A DNA stretch of 63,970 bases, the filler included, from Octopus bimaculoides (taxonomy: Eukaryota), in assembly GCF_001194135.2 (NCBI RefSeq). It is 4 parts of 4 records of this genome, joined end to end, with 100 filler letters (N's around TTAATTAATTAA, not from the genome) between each part and the next. Parts side by side here need not be neighbours in the genome. Positions count along the whole stretch, not along the records: positions 23,578 to 53,004 come from NC_068986.1; positions 53,105 to 59,812 come from NC_069005.1; 2 more parts are not named here. One strand, written 5' to 3'. The notes beneath the pieces were generated by a model. The model was not told where the DNA came from. It was given only the letters and a program-made list of their open reading frames with translations, and searched no databases. Below, one piece after another: positions 41,267 to 53,132 of this stretch (its first letter is position 1; every line of letters begins with the position of its first letter). The position numbers were made by a program, and so were the translations under genes.

Positions 41267-41309
<43 letters not shown>

Positions 41310-41463
41310 GGTACACACCCACAATGAATATTTCCATTTCTTTCATTAAATGATTTTAACATTATATTATATATATTGCATAATAATGTCTTTAAATTAA
41401 AATCAAACTACATCTATCTGAAGGTAAATGTCTGCTGTTCAAAACATAAAATCGAAAGGCAGC

Positions 41464-41656
41464 TTAATCTCTTAGTGCTTAAACTGGTCATATCCGGCTC
41501 AAATATTCAATCTGTTACTATGTGAAAACTGGCCAGATCTGTCCTCTTACACTTATCCTACAATGTCATTAAAAATAAACAATCACATGATCAAAATCTC
41601 AAAACTATGAGATAATGCATGATTAACTGAAAACATTGTGAATGCTAAAGGGTTGA
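41464..41656. mobile_element. piggyBac-type MITE, degenerate
   Basis: TTAA..TCTCTTAGTGCTTA on the left and TGAATGCTAAAGGG-TTGA on the right resemble a TTAA-CCCTTTAGCATTCA TIR. Confidence 0.5.
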
Positions 41657-42569
41657 AAGAAAATGCAATAAAAACATTTTGAGTGATTTTAATAAAATCC
41701 TTATGAAATCCTTGTCTTTCTAATGACACCACATAACCAAAACAAATAAGTAAATGACTTCAAATAAGTTATTACTGACTATTTTCATTTCTCAACACCT
41801 TTATCAAAGGCATTTAGTTAAGTTATTAACCTTATCATACTGTGTTCCTGGTATAGCAGGAATAGCCTAAATGTAATATCTAATGAATTCCTGTTAAAAC
41901 AGTAATGAACACACATAGAAAAAGAAGACAAAATACTAAAAACAGACAACAGATCACATTGCAACCTTGTAGTTAAGTGTGTTTATTGACTCACTGTTAA
42001 TGATGCCCCCACCCCAGCTATTTAAAACTTTTGTTTCAAATTGCAGAAAAAAAAAATTTTTTGCAATGAAATAAATGTGTAACAACTCCAACACTATATC
42101 TGGTGAATGAGCAAGGCCTAGACTCTTTGCAGTTGAGGAAATTATTGATGCTATTTATTCTTTGGACAATGAGAGTGATTTGCAGACAATGAGAGTGATT
42201 TGGACAATCAAAGTAGTGAAAGAAATGAGGAAAGTCATGATTCAGGTGAACAAATATGGTAGTTGAGAGATAGACCTATTATTGTTATTCTCCTCAATTT
42301 TTTTTTACTCTTCTGACCATTAGTTTGCCTGCAATCATTACTTTTGAGCTGTGTATACAACTATTTTTTTTTTTTGCCCAGGAGTCCAGGTCTGAGAGGG
42401 TTAAACTAGAACTTTTGAAAAATAAATTTCTTACTAAAAAGGAAATATGTAACTCATTACAAAAAAAAAAAAAAAAAAATGATTATTTATTCCCAAGGTT
42501 TCAGAAGAGAAATTTATTAATTAGATGTCTGTCCCATGACCAGAGTTAAACAAAGTCAAAAAGCACAGA

Positions 42570-44570
42570 AGTGACAGTGTGGTTGTGAAGTCTACTACCC
42601 AACTAGGTCCTGGTTTCAATCCCACTGTTCAGCACCCTGGGCAAGTGTCTTCTGCTATAGCTTCAGGCTAACCAAAGCCTTATGAGTGGATTTGGTAGAA
42701 AGAAACTGAAAGAAGCCCATCATATTTATGCATGAGTGTGCATGTATCCTTGTCCAGTAGCATAATTAGGGGGGAAGGAGGCACGTACCTCGGGTGCTGA
42801 TTAAAGGGTGGGGTGGTGCAGAATTGACCATAATATGATAAGCTTGAACTCCATTTATAAAATTGCAATTGTAAAGATGGATCTCCAGCTTATCATTTTA
42901 TGCTGCTATTGAAGGTAAACGCAATAGGGTGGCTGTTTACATTCATGTCTGGACATTTTTACAAAAGGCATCAAAAAAGGCTTGAGGATCAATTGAGTGA
43001 AACCTGCATATTTTCACCTTGCCTACTACACATACTGCACAACTAAGGGTATAAGATTAAGTGTAGTGGTAAACATTCTAAGTTAAATTTACTTAACAGT
43101 CGTTTATTCATTTAACTGTTAATCATTCTTTGTGGTTCTAAAAATAATTCATTCTTATCTTATCAGTGTAAATCGATTTTCCCTTTCTGCATAGCTTGCA
43201 ACTTCTGGTGTACATACTGTACTGGACTTTGGAACTGGGTTCTCGCTCGCATTGATCACGTTCAGCAGCGGTTGCAAGATCCTGAAACGAATTTCCGGGA
43301 TGCTGCAGATGATCTCAAAGCCCTTCAAAAAGACGGATGTACTATTATCCACCAATCACTAGAAGAAGGCATTGATCTTTGTCAAAAGTGGAACGTAGAT
43401 ATCAAAAAGCGTCAAGGGAGATAAAAAAGACTACCTCTTGATGATGAAGTTGAAAAGACAGCATCAACCAATGAGATGGATACCATTATGAATGCTGTTC
43501 TTCACTATCTTCAATCAGAAACAGAAAAAAAATTCTTCTGTCTTAACAATATTGATGCCAAGTTTGGGTTCCTCGTCGATATCCAGTCTCTTCCCTATCC
43601 AACACATCTTGACAAAGTTGACCTTCGATCAAAATGTGATTTATTGGCTTCTCGTTACTGTGGCAACATTAACGGCAAACATTTTAAGAAAATAATTGAT
43701 TGCAGGGCATTGTTCTCTACAAGGCCAGAAAAACTCCTGGAATTCATTGTTTGATATGGAGATAACATTTTTACAAATTTGTGCATTGGCCTTCAAATAC
43801 TGTTCACAATAGCTGTATCAATTGCAAGCTGCAAATGATTGTTCAGCAAGTTGAAGTTAATCCTGTCTTATTTGCGGACATAATGTTGCAGGACTGCATG
43901 CATGATCTTGCTCTTCTGAGCATTGAAAGTGAAGGAACGAATGAAACTGATTTTGAAGAGATAATCAATGAATTCACCTCATCAAAAGCAAGAAAGATGA
44001 GACTTTAAACAATTGCATTTCTTTTTTATTACATCTCATTTCACACATTAGGTTTTTTAATGTTGCAGTGGTGGAAGCTGGTGCATTAAACAGTTAAAAT
44101 AAGGAGGTTTCGTAAAAGTAAACATTCAAAAAATATATTTTGATTTACAGGCTGTACCGAACAAGCAGGTAAATGAACCCTGGTAAAGTATTTATTCCTA
44201 AAATATTGCTTTAAAATATTAATTACTTGTAACACATAAGTACTATATAATATTGTGGATTTTGTAAGGTGGGGGGAATTTTTGTGGTTTGTCCCAAGTA
44301 TGGTTTACCCTAGCTACACCACTGTCCTTGTCATGACATTATGTGATAATTGTAAATGATGATCACCACTATAAAATTATGCTATTCATTTCCAGTCTTC
44401 TGTGAAAAACATATGAGGAATATTACTTTGCTTGGAAGCAGGTAAGAGTTGGTGACAGGAAGAACATCTGGTCATGGAAAATCTGACTCAACAAATTCCA
44501 TCTGACCCATGCAAGCATGGAAAAATGGACATTAAAGGATAATGCTGCTGATAATTTATGATGATGATGA
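42570..44570 (+). mobile_element. tRNA-derived SINE split by the hAT insertion (42570-42754 and 44333-44570)
   Basis: The head matches the other SINE copies. The body resumes after the hAT TSD and ends acccatgcaagcatggaaaaatggacattaaa..gatgatgatg. Confidence 0.8.
42755..44324 (+). mobile_element. hAT transposon, internally deleted, with 8-bp TSD
   Basis: Perfect TSD TCCTTGTC at 42747-42754 and 44325-44332. TIRs CAGTAGCATAATTAGGG and (reverse complement) CAGTGGTGTAGCTAGGG. hAT dimerisation-domain remnant IFTNLCIGLQILFTIAVSIASCK*LFSKLKLILSYLR..LALLSIE. Confidence 0.93.
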
Positions 44571-44888
44571 AAATAGCCCAATATATATTATGAAAAGTAA
44601 TAATGTATAACATGTAATCTCCAATGTTCAAAACTCGGAAATCTAAAAACCCTTTTGATAAAATAAACAAATAAAAATAAAGTTAGAGAGTACTGCATAA
44701 TTCACCTTTTTTTAAGCTAAATTACATTTTTAACATACTCCATTACTGCTGGTTTTATTTTTAATTACAATGCTTTCCTCAAAGATTATCCTAAAGAAAA
44801 ATCTGTGCACATTATAGACAAGATATATTTTTCCAGCATTTCATAGCTCACAAATACTGATACACATTATGCACGAGTGCATATTGTA

Positions 44889-45894
44889 TCTATACTATAA
44901 AAGGCAAATTTTCTCTGTGTGTGTGTATGTTTAAAATTCATACATTTACACAATTCCAAATTTCTTCGATTAAACAATCGCAATTAATATTCTAAATACA
45001 ATTTGTTAGGTCACTGTGTCATTTTTTCACTCCAAAAATTTCCTAATAATGAATAAAATCCATAAAACTACAGGAGTAAACATTTTCTCCCTAATAAAAT
45101 CTAATTTCCTCTTTCTAATACAAATCCTTTCAACTCCTACTTTCTCTTATGAAGCTTTATGATCAACAACAAATACCAAAAGATCAAAACTGAGACAATC
45201 ACATTTCGATACTGTCATGACAGATACTAAAACTACATACAAAATTACTTTGCCCCTCTAAAATTAACTATTTCTATTCCTCTTACACATCGTTTCAATT
45301 GCTACTTTCTCTTATGAACGTTTACGAACGATCCAAGAAAAAAGACAGAGAAACGAAGGAGAGTGAGAGTCAAATAAACAGACACACTACCAATCATACG
45401 TAAATACACACACATATATGTACCTATGGTTACCAATGACCTCATTCTAATTGGCGGGAATTATAAGTTTACTTTCCATTTCTAACACCGTCCTTCACCA
45501 CCGAGACATCTTTCTCAAATACGATCAACAAACATTTATTCCCTACAAACTGTGAGTTTTTTTTTGAAAATCTTTTCGTAAATCTTGACATTAACACCCG
45601 CATTACCTACCTAACCCTAACACTGTAGTGAAAACCGTACGGGTGTTAATCTGAAAATTTAACAATCTTTTTTAAAACACTTTTACTTACTAACATCTTT
45701 TTTATTTAGTGTTTGTGTTGCCCATATATATATATATACACTTAAGACTTAGTTGTGGGTTGGGAGTTTGATCGGCAGAGGTCATTATTATTATTATTTA
45801 TTTATTATTATTATTATTTTAAATTTTTCCCACAGGGGCTTATCGTAGGTGGCGTAATAAGTCACACCCGGACAACGTCGGGTTATACTGCTAG
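44889..45894 (+). mobile_element. Non-autonomous Helitron
   Basis: 5' A|TCTATACTATAAAAGG; 3' hairpin ACCCG-GACAACGT-CGGGT (45866-45883) followed by CTAG|T (45891-45895). Inserted at an AT dinucleotide with no TSD. Confidence 0.82.
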
Positions 45895-46989
45895 TATAAA
45901 TATAAAACAATAATTGCCACAAGATAGTATATATATTATCAATGTTATCAAAGTGATGTCAACATCCAATTCAAAAGCAGCCATAATTAAATACTCCATC
46001 CATCCAACTTCTAATAAAACAATACAGCATAAAAACATTGCAGAATAATCAACCTCACATTGTTCAATATCATTCCTCAAAACCTCAACAAATAAATCCC
46101 AGCAACTGCAAACTGAACTGGGTCAAACTCCTGTAAGCTGTACCCAACAAATGAACTAGCGAGCAAACCTCTATGTGGTTGCCTGACTTGCTAAAAATCA
46201 CACCAAATTTTTTCTTATATTATCATACCCTACTATCTCAAAAAAAAAAAAAAGTAAAGAAGGTAGGACAGATTGGATAACGGAGGCCTAGATAAACAAT
46301 GCCTCAAATCTCATATCAAACTTTTCTGGATGGATGTATTCAACAACAGGGAACTAGATAAATCATACCTTCCATCCCTGCCTCTTCAGAAAAAGGATGG
46401 AATTGTCATAGCTGGATTGCCTGTAGTCAAGGGGAAGCTGGTTCAGGTCAGACCTGACAAACTTACACATGAAAGTTACTGTTGATAATGCCTTTTTGCA
46501 TGAACTGAAAGGGTAAAGGGTATCCAAAATTCCCATACAGCCTCAGTAAGTAGATGGTACTATTCAATTAGACATGGCTTCTGCCACTGCTGACCAAAAC
46601 TTATCTGAAATAATGAAATGTTGTGATGATTCAGCAAAATGAGATGCACTGCATTCAGAATGGATACAGCAAAAAAGTGATATTTAATATTTTATAATGC
46701 TGGAAAATCAATAAGAATGAGCAATGCATATAACAATGAATATATATATATTAAAAAACACAATATCACATAATGCAACTGTTTCATTTTGTTTTGTTTG
46801 ATCTCTCTGTCCTACTTTGATTATTGATAAGCATCTCAGGTTTATCATTTTAAAATTCAAAACAAGAAGAAACTGGAGAGGGAAAAATAAAATCTTTGAT
46901 ACAAAATTCATGACTCTAAAATACACAAGTGTAGAATGTAGCAGACAGTCTTGGACTGCTTCTACAAGTCCCTTTGGCAGACTACCTTG

Positions 46990-49900
46990 ATGATGGAAGA
47001 TAATGGAGTTATTATCATAGCTGGTGACTGCAACAATCGTGTTGGGAATATTCCAATAGATTCCATGGCATGCATGGAGGTTATGGTTTTTGATTCTAGA
47101 AATGACGGCAGGGGGTAGGGGAACAAAGCTGCTAGGGGTTTTGTGATGCAAATGACTTGCTGGTCTGCAATACTAACTTCAGGAAATCTACCAGCCATCT
47201 GATCCCCTATCAATCTGGTGGGCACACAAACCAGATTGACAACATTCTCTCCAGAAACAGGGATAGGTAGATGCTCATGAATACAAAGTCCTTTCCCCAG
47301 TGAGGAATGTTTAATTCAATGTAAGCTAGTGGTTAGTATTTTCAGACTTAGGGCTAGAAGGATTCAGAGACACAAACTGAAATAGAAAAGGAAGTTATGA
47401 AAACTCAAAGATCCTTTAAATGGCCAGAGATTTAGAGATGTTCTAATTTGAAACATTTAATGAGAAGGAGGTAGGGGTAGACATATGACAGAAGACAACT
47501 GGAAGTTTTTACAGGATAACCTACTGAGGGTGACAGACCAAAACTGTGGATGGAGCAAAGCTTCTGCCAGACTGAGGGTGACATAGTGGTGGATCAGTTA
47601 AGTTGACAGGGCCATAAAAGTGAAGAGATGGATTTGGAAAGAGTGGAAAAATGGAAGCAGCAAAAAACATATTAGATAGCTAAAAGGGAAGTTAGGTGAT
47701 ACGTTTATCTAGCAAGGACAGAAGCAGACGCAATAGTTAAGCAGGTTATTCAGGAAGCAGTCATTCCCAATAACTTGTATAGCAGCATAATGGTCAGCTT
47801 CTACAAGGGTAAAGGAGATACCTTAGATAGAAGTAATTATAAAGGCACCAAAATGCTGGACCAGGTGATGAAACTTACAGAGAGAATTATAGCCTAATTA
47901 ATTAGGAACAGAATTAGACCAGATGAAATGCAGTTTGGCTCTATGCCAGGGAGGAACACTACTAATGCTATTTTCATACTCAGGCAACTACAAGAACAGT
48001 ATCTAGCTAGGAATAAACCATTGTACTTGATATTTGATATTGTGTCAGAGTGCAAGGTTAAATCATCAGGATAGTCTACATCAGTTAGTTTTTGGGTAGG
48101 ATGTTTGATCAATCTCTTTTTGCAAGTGTGAAACCAAGGCTGTTTAGATTGTTAAGTGATGTTCTGAGACATAATCCAGAGTGACCACAAAGAGAAAAGG
48201 TGCTAGTATGTCCCCTTGGAGTACTCTGGCATTGATTTGGTGTTGTTATAGATAATCATAATAGCTGCTGTTATTTCCTCAGAAACACTACTAGCCAGTA
48301 GTATTTTTTCCATAGTGGATGGAGTCAAAAGCTTTTGAGAAATCAATAAACTGCTTCAAGGTTTCTGGTTCTTACTCCCTTCAGATGATGAACAAAAATA
48401 TTTGTCTGGCAGTTGATCTATTTTTCCAAAGCCATTGTGATTTCTTCTCAAAAAACTTTCTCAATTTCTGGTTGTATCCTGTTAAGTAGAAGTGAAATAT
48501 AAATTTTTGCAGTGATGGCTGTAAGAGTGATGCCTCCACAGTTCTTTGTAAGACCTAAACCATCTTTCTTTGGAAATGGGAGTATGCAACATTTTGTCCA
48601 TTTGTCAATGTTTCCTCCATTGTAGACCATATTGCAGAAGCCTAACATAATATCACTGAATTCTATTGTTTCACAAATTTCAGGTGGAATATTCAGCAGC
48701 CTTGCTCTCTGATGCAATATCAAACTCCACCCAATTACTTCATAGTCTAGAATTAGTTGCACAAGATGTTTGATTACTTGTTAATCCTAGTACAATCAAG
48801 TTCACTGCTCACAATCAATGAAAATCCATCATCAACATCAGTGGAGACCCCCATCAATCAAGTTGATGATTGCACATACTTTGATTCTGAGATAGCTTCA
48901 ATTGAAAAAGATGCAAAAATTCGGACAATCAAAACAGTCAGCCCTAAACAAGCTGGATGTTATCTGGAAATCAACATTGTCAGACAGCCTTAAGTGAATT
49001 TTTTCCATGCAACAGTAGAGTCAGTCCTTTATATGGAACAACAACCTGGGCACTTACCAATAAAAAATTGGAATCCAAGCCTGATGGAAGATACACCTGA
49101 ATGTTAAGAGCAGTCTTAAACATACCTTCAAGAACTCCTGTCTGTTTCCATCACTGTAAGGGAAAGGCACTTGTGCTTTGTGGGACACTGCTGGTGAGCT
49201 TAACAAGAAGTGGTAAGTGGCCTACTGCTATTGATGCCAAAGCATGGTCAGACTTGAGCAGGTCATCTGATGACAATGTATGTCGATTAACTCACCAGAG
49301 ATACTGTATACCAGCCTAAAGACTTCCCTCAATTAATGCAGAACCAAGATGGATAGTGTGCATGGGTTAAAAACATCTGAGCGGGCTCAAAGAGTTAACT
49401 TAGTATTTGTTGACCAGGAGAAAGCCTTCAACAGAGAAACCTTGCTCTGTGATATGGTGGTCTCTGAGGAAGCTAGGGATAGGCAAATGCCATGTGAAAG
49501 CAGTACAGGGGTGTTGTTAGTAAGATAAAAGTTAGATATGAGTACAGTGACGAATTTAGAGAACAAGTAGGTGTTCGCCAAAGCATGGCTCTCAGTACCT
49601 CTCTATTCATCATCCTCTGGACCATAACAGAGGAATTTAAGATTGGCTGCCTATGGGAGCTACTACATGCTGATGATCTTGCTCTCATAGCAGAATCTGT
49701 AACAGAACTAGAAAATAAATTAAAAGTGTGAAAGTAAAACTTGGATTCAAAGGGCCTTAAAGTTAACTTTGTATAGATCAAGGTTCTAGTAAGCAAGAAA
49801 ACAAACCCTTCAGATAAATGGCTTTGCTCAATATGTAGGCAGGAATTCCATTCAGTGTATACAGTGCAAGCTATGAATACACAAGAGGTGCAGTGGAATC

Positions 49901-50310
49901 ACAGGAATGTTATCAGAGAAAATAGTATTTGTATGTGGAAGATGCACAGGAGCCATAAAGTCTACAGGTAGATAGGAAACTGGTTTGTAGATGTTTGTGT
50001 ACAAACAGTAATGCTCTACATGGTAGTGAGATGTAACCCCTAAATGCAGAAGATACACAAAGACTAGAGAGGAATGAAGTTAGTATGCTCTGTTGGATGT
50101 TCAACATCACTGTACATGTATGACAGACTGCTAATGTATTGAGAGAAAAGTTAGGCATACAAAGAATTAGATGCAGTGTGCAAGAGAGAAGATTGTGCTG
50201 GTTTGGTCACATGATGCATATGGATAAGAACAGTTGCATAAAGAAGTATTAATCACGTGAAGTGGATGGATCTTGTGGAAGAGCGAGACCCAGGAACACA
50301 TGGAACAAAG
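46990..50310 (+). mobile_element. RTE-clade LINE (host), interrupted at 48037-49397
   Basis: APE remnants, then FYKGKGDTLDRSNYKG..QFGSMPGRNTTNAIFILRQLQEQYLARNKPLY up to 48036. Resumes at 49398 with FVDQEKAFNR..ELLHADDLALIAES..RRLCWFGHMMHM. Confidence 0.9.
48037..49397. mobile_element. RTE-X-like LINE insertion with 5' inversion (minus 48037-~48730, plus ~48731-49397)
   Basis: The minus part reads NIPPEIC..KWTKCCILPFPKKDGLGLTKNCGGITLT..QGDILAP..DVDYPDDLTLHSDTI. The plus part continues QLLHSLELVAQDV*LLVN..FFHATVESVL..MLRAVLN. Flanked by ACTTGATATTTG (48025-48036) and ACTTAGTATTTG (49398-49409). Confidence 0.85.
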
Positions 50311-50659
50311 TACTGATATATCTGGTGCCTTACTATACTTGAGAAGACCAGTCTACCATAACAAAATTGATATCCTAAAACCACCTTGGTAATTGCTTAT
50401 ACATGCAGTTCTCTGTCCAACTTCCATTCTCACTGCCCTGTCAAGTTTTTACTTCATGTTTCATTCTCTAACACACATCATTCTGAACAGAATAAATACA
50501 CACATACTACATCCCCTCCCATTCATTATTTTACTCTTTCTTCCCCACCCTAGAACCACTTTTATTTCTCATTATGCTCTCACCCTTCTGTTATACTCCA
50601 TCCTCACTCAACAGCTCCTTTATCTGTCTTATCTGCTATCATTCCCAATACCCTTACAT

Positions 50660-51265
50660 ATCTAACATAATCCTCTTCACCGGAGGTAGTGGCCTCAATG
50701 CTTTTGTTTGGGAGTTTGGGCTTTCTGAGTAGAGCAAAGGATCAAGTATCTCGGTCCTTTGTTATCTTCTACAAAAGGTGCAGTGCCTTGAGGTTGTCCT
50801 TCGGTACTTCGTCCCATGTCTTCTTAGGTCTCCCACTTCCATGTGTTCCAGCTACTTAGAGAGATCAGCACTACTATGGAGCTGTCTGCATCCATCTGTA
50901 TTACATAACCAAACCAGCACAGCATTCTCTCTTACACACTGCATCTAATTCCTCTTATGCTTAACTTCTCTTTCAATACACTAGCATTCTGTTGAACATG
51001 TATACTTACATTACACATCAAGCAAAACATACTAGCTACATTCCCCTCTATCCTTTGCATGTCCTCTACACCCTGGGCCTATGTCTCACTACCATGAAGA
51101 ATTGCTGTCTGTATATACTGCATTATACAATCTTCTTTTTTCACTTGGAGAGAAAAACATTTCATAGCCAACAAAAGTAAAAGCTCTCTGAATTTCCTCC
51201 GTCCTATTCTTATTCTAGCAATTCTCTATCACACTCTCTGCACATACTTCCCCACTACTAATTTG
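50660..51265 (-). mobile_element. RTE-clade LINE 3' fragment
   Basis: Reverse complement is similar to 50000-50305 (VLKEKLSIRGIRCSV*ERMLCWFGY..GRPKKTW). Confidence 0.85.
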
Positions 51266-52175
51266 GTTCCCTATATAAAATGTACTTGATGTGACACTGT
51301 GTTTTTTAATACAATGATAAAATGTTCTGATTTTCATCATGTACTCAATATATAGTTCAAAGGCAAACAAATTTATTAGCCTAATGGATCAGGAACTTTC
51401 CCCCTATTTTTGATAGCGTATACTTTCTGCACTAATACAATTATCAACATACATTATATATTTATATTTAGAGTTTATAAGTGACATTTAATATAGGCAA
51501 ATACATTTATCAGTGAATCAAATTAATCTAAACCAACTACTTCATTAAACTATTTGACAAGCCACCTTAGACCACCTCTGTTTCTAAAATACAAACTGTC
51601 CATTTTAAGAGTTCATGTTTCAATTATTAAATCTTTCCATAATAATTGAGTCAGAATCTCAAGTTACACTACAAACACCACCTTAAAAATAAAAGTGTTT
51701 CTTATTTTACAAAATCTTTCCAAATTCATGATTATTTCAAAAATTAAGTGAAACACACGTAATATATTTTATTAAAAACATAGTCAGTCACAAAAGGCTT
51801 AAATAATGTCAACACCAATTTCACAAGAATTTCTATATATAAAGTCCCCTTACTTGCTTTATGTTGCATCACAATTGCAACAGAATCCTGACTGCTTCTA
51901 ATTAAGGAATAACATATTTTAAGTTTTAAATATTAGATCAACATGCCCCACAATATTGATGAGACTGGGCCACAAATTCTAACTGAATGCTACAATTGAC
52001 CAATAACATACATATCTAAACACTGTTCAAGTAGGGTTCATCAGACCCATGCTACAACAGCAGCAGTAGCAGCAGCAATAATAACAAAATCATCAAAGTG
52101 AAAAATCAAATGATAGTAAACTAATGAGAGTGATGTCTCCTTCACACATGTAATGCAAAGAATGAAAAAACTTAC

Positions 52176-52294
52176 ATTATTCTTCATCATTTCTGTATAA
52201 AGGTCTATGCATTGAGTACCAACCTCTTCAGCTGCTTGTTTGCATGCTGCAGCATAATGAATTGTGTTTTTATTGAAATTTGAACTGACTCGAT
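52176..52294 (-). CDS. IAH1: Internal coding exon of an IAH1-like SGNH esterase (isoamyl acetate-hydrolysing esterase 1 homolog)
   Basis: tttacag|AT acceptor and AAT|gtaagt donor; 119 nt, phase 1 to phase 0. Translation (D)RVSSNFNKNTIHYAAACKQAAEEVGTQCIDLYTEMMKNN resembles the IAH1 segment YANACLQVAQDCGTDVLDLWTLMQ that precedes the DGLH motif. Confidence 0.75.
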
Positions 52295-52409
52295 CTGTAA
52301 ACAAATCAATGAACATAAAACAATGATTAAATTCAAATTAGCCAGTAAATTACAACAATGAAACTAACATAACACAACACTGACAAAATATTTACAACAT
52401 AGTTAAAAG

Positions 52410-52570
52410 CACATCTTGAAATCTAGGATTTATCTCAGGATCAGACAATACATAAGTACTGGAAAATTACTGACCCTCTATAAAGTGCAAAAGAAATTTG
52501 AGTTTACGTATTTGGATTGGAGAAACTGCTACACACAAATAAGTACTTTAGATAATATTCAAAAACTAAA
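52410..52570 (+). mobile_element. CR1/Jockey-group LINE fragment
   Basis: LRIRQYISTGKLLTLYKVQ..LDNIQK resembles the post-RT motif LLTLYKAQIRP.LEY..LD.VQ. Confidence 0.45.
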
Positions 52571-52589
52571 AAAAAGACATTCAATTGAT

Positions 52590-52998
52590 CAGGAAGCCTG
52601 CATTCACCAATGCGGGCGACACATGAAATCTTTTGAGCGGGATCATTGCCAGTGCCCCTGGACTGGCTCATGTGCGGGCGACACATGATATCTTTCGTGC
52701 GAGATCGTTGCCAGTGCCCCTGGACTGGCTCTTGTGCGGGTGACACATGAGGTTTCTCGAGCGAGATGAGCATGGCCGTTGCCAGTACCGCTTGACTGGC
52801 CTTCGTGCGGGTGACACGTAAAAGCACCCACTACACTCTCTGAGTGGTTGGCGTTGGGAAGGGCGTCCAGCTGTGGAAACACTGCCAAATCAGATTGGAG
52901 CCTGGTGTAGCCATCTGGTTTCACCAGTCCTCAGTCAAATCGTCCAACCCATGCTAGCATGGAAAGCGGACGTTAAACGATGATGATGATGATGATGA
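52590..52998 (+). mobile_element. 5'-truncated RTE 3' UTR copy with 62-bp tandem units and (GAT)n tail
   Basis: Homologous to the reverse complement of 29936-30300. Units start at 52610, 52672 and 52734, with a partial unit at ~52805. Confidence 0.88.
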
Positions 52999-53004
52999 GT
53001 TCCT

Positions 53005-53104
53005 NNNNNNNNNNNNNNNNNNNNNNNNNNNNNNNNNNNNNNNNNNNNTTAATTAATTAANNNNNNNNNNNNNNNNNNNNNNNNNNNNNNNNNNNNNNNN
53101 NNNN
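53005..53104. other. Artificial 100-bp scaffold-joining spacer
   Basis: N44-TTAATTAATTAA-N44. Confidence 0.92.
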
Positions 53105-53132
53105 TGTCTCTCTCACCAAGGTCATCAGCTGT

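Noticed and set aside
45610-45620. Interstitial telomere (CTAACCCTAA)
   Set aside because: Fewer than two full repeats, and located inside the Helitron.
52610-52830. CRISPR-like array of GC-rich repeats
   Set aside because: Units are contiguous tandem copies without unique spacers, sit in an RTE 3' UTR, and there are no cas genes in this eukaryotic DNA.
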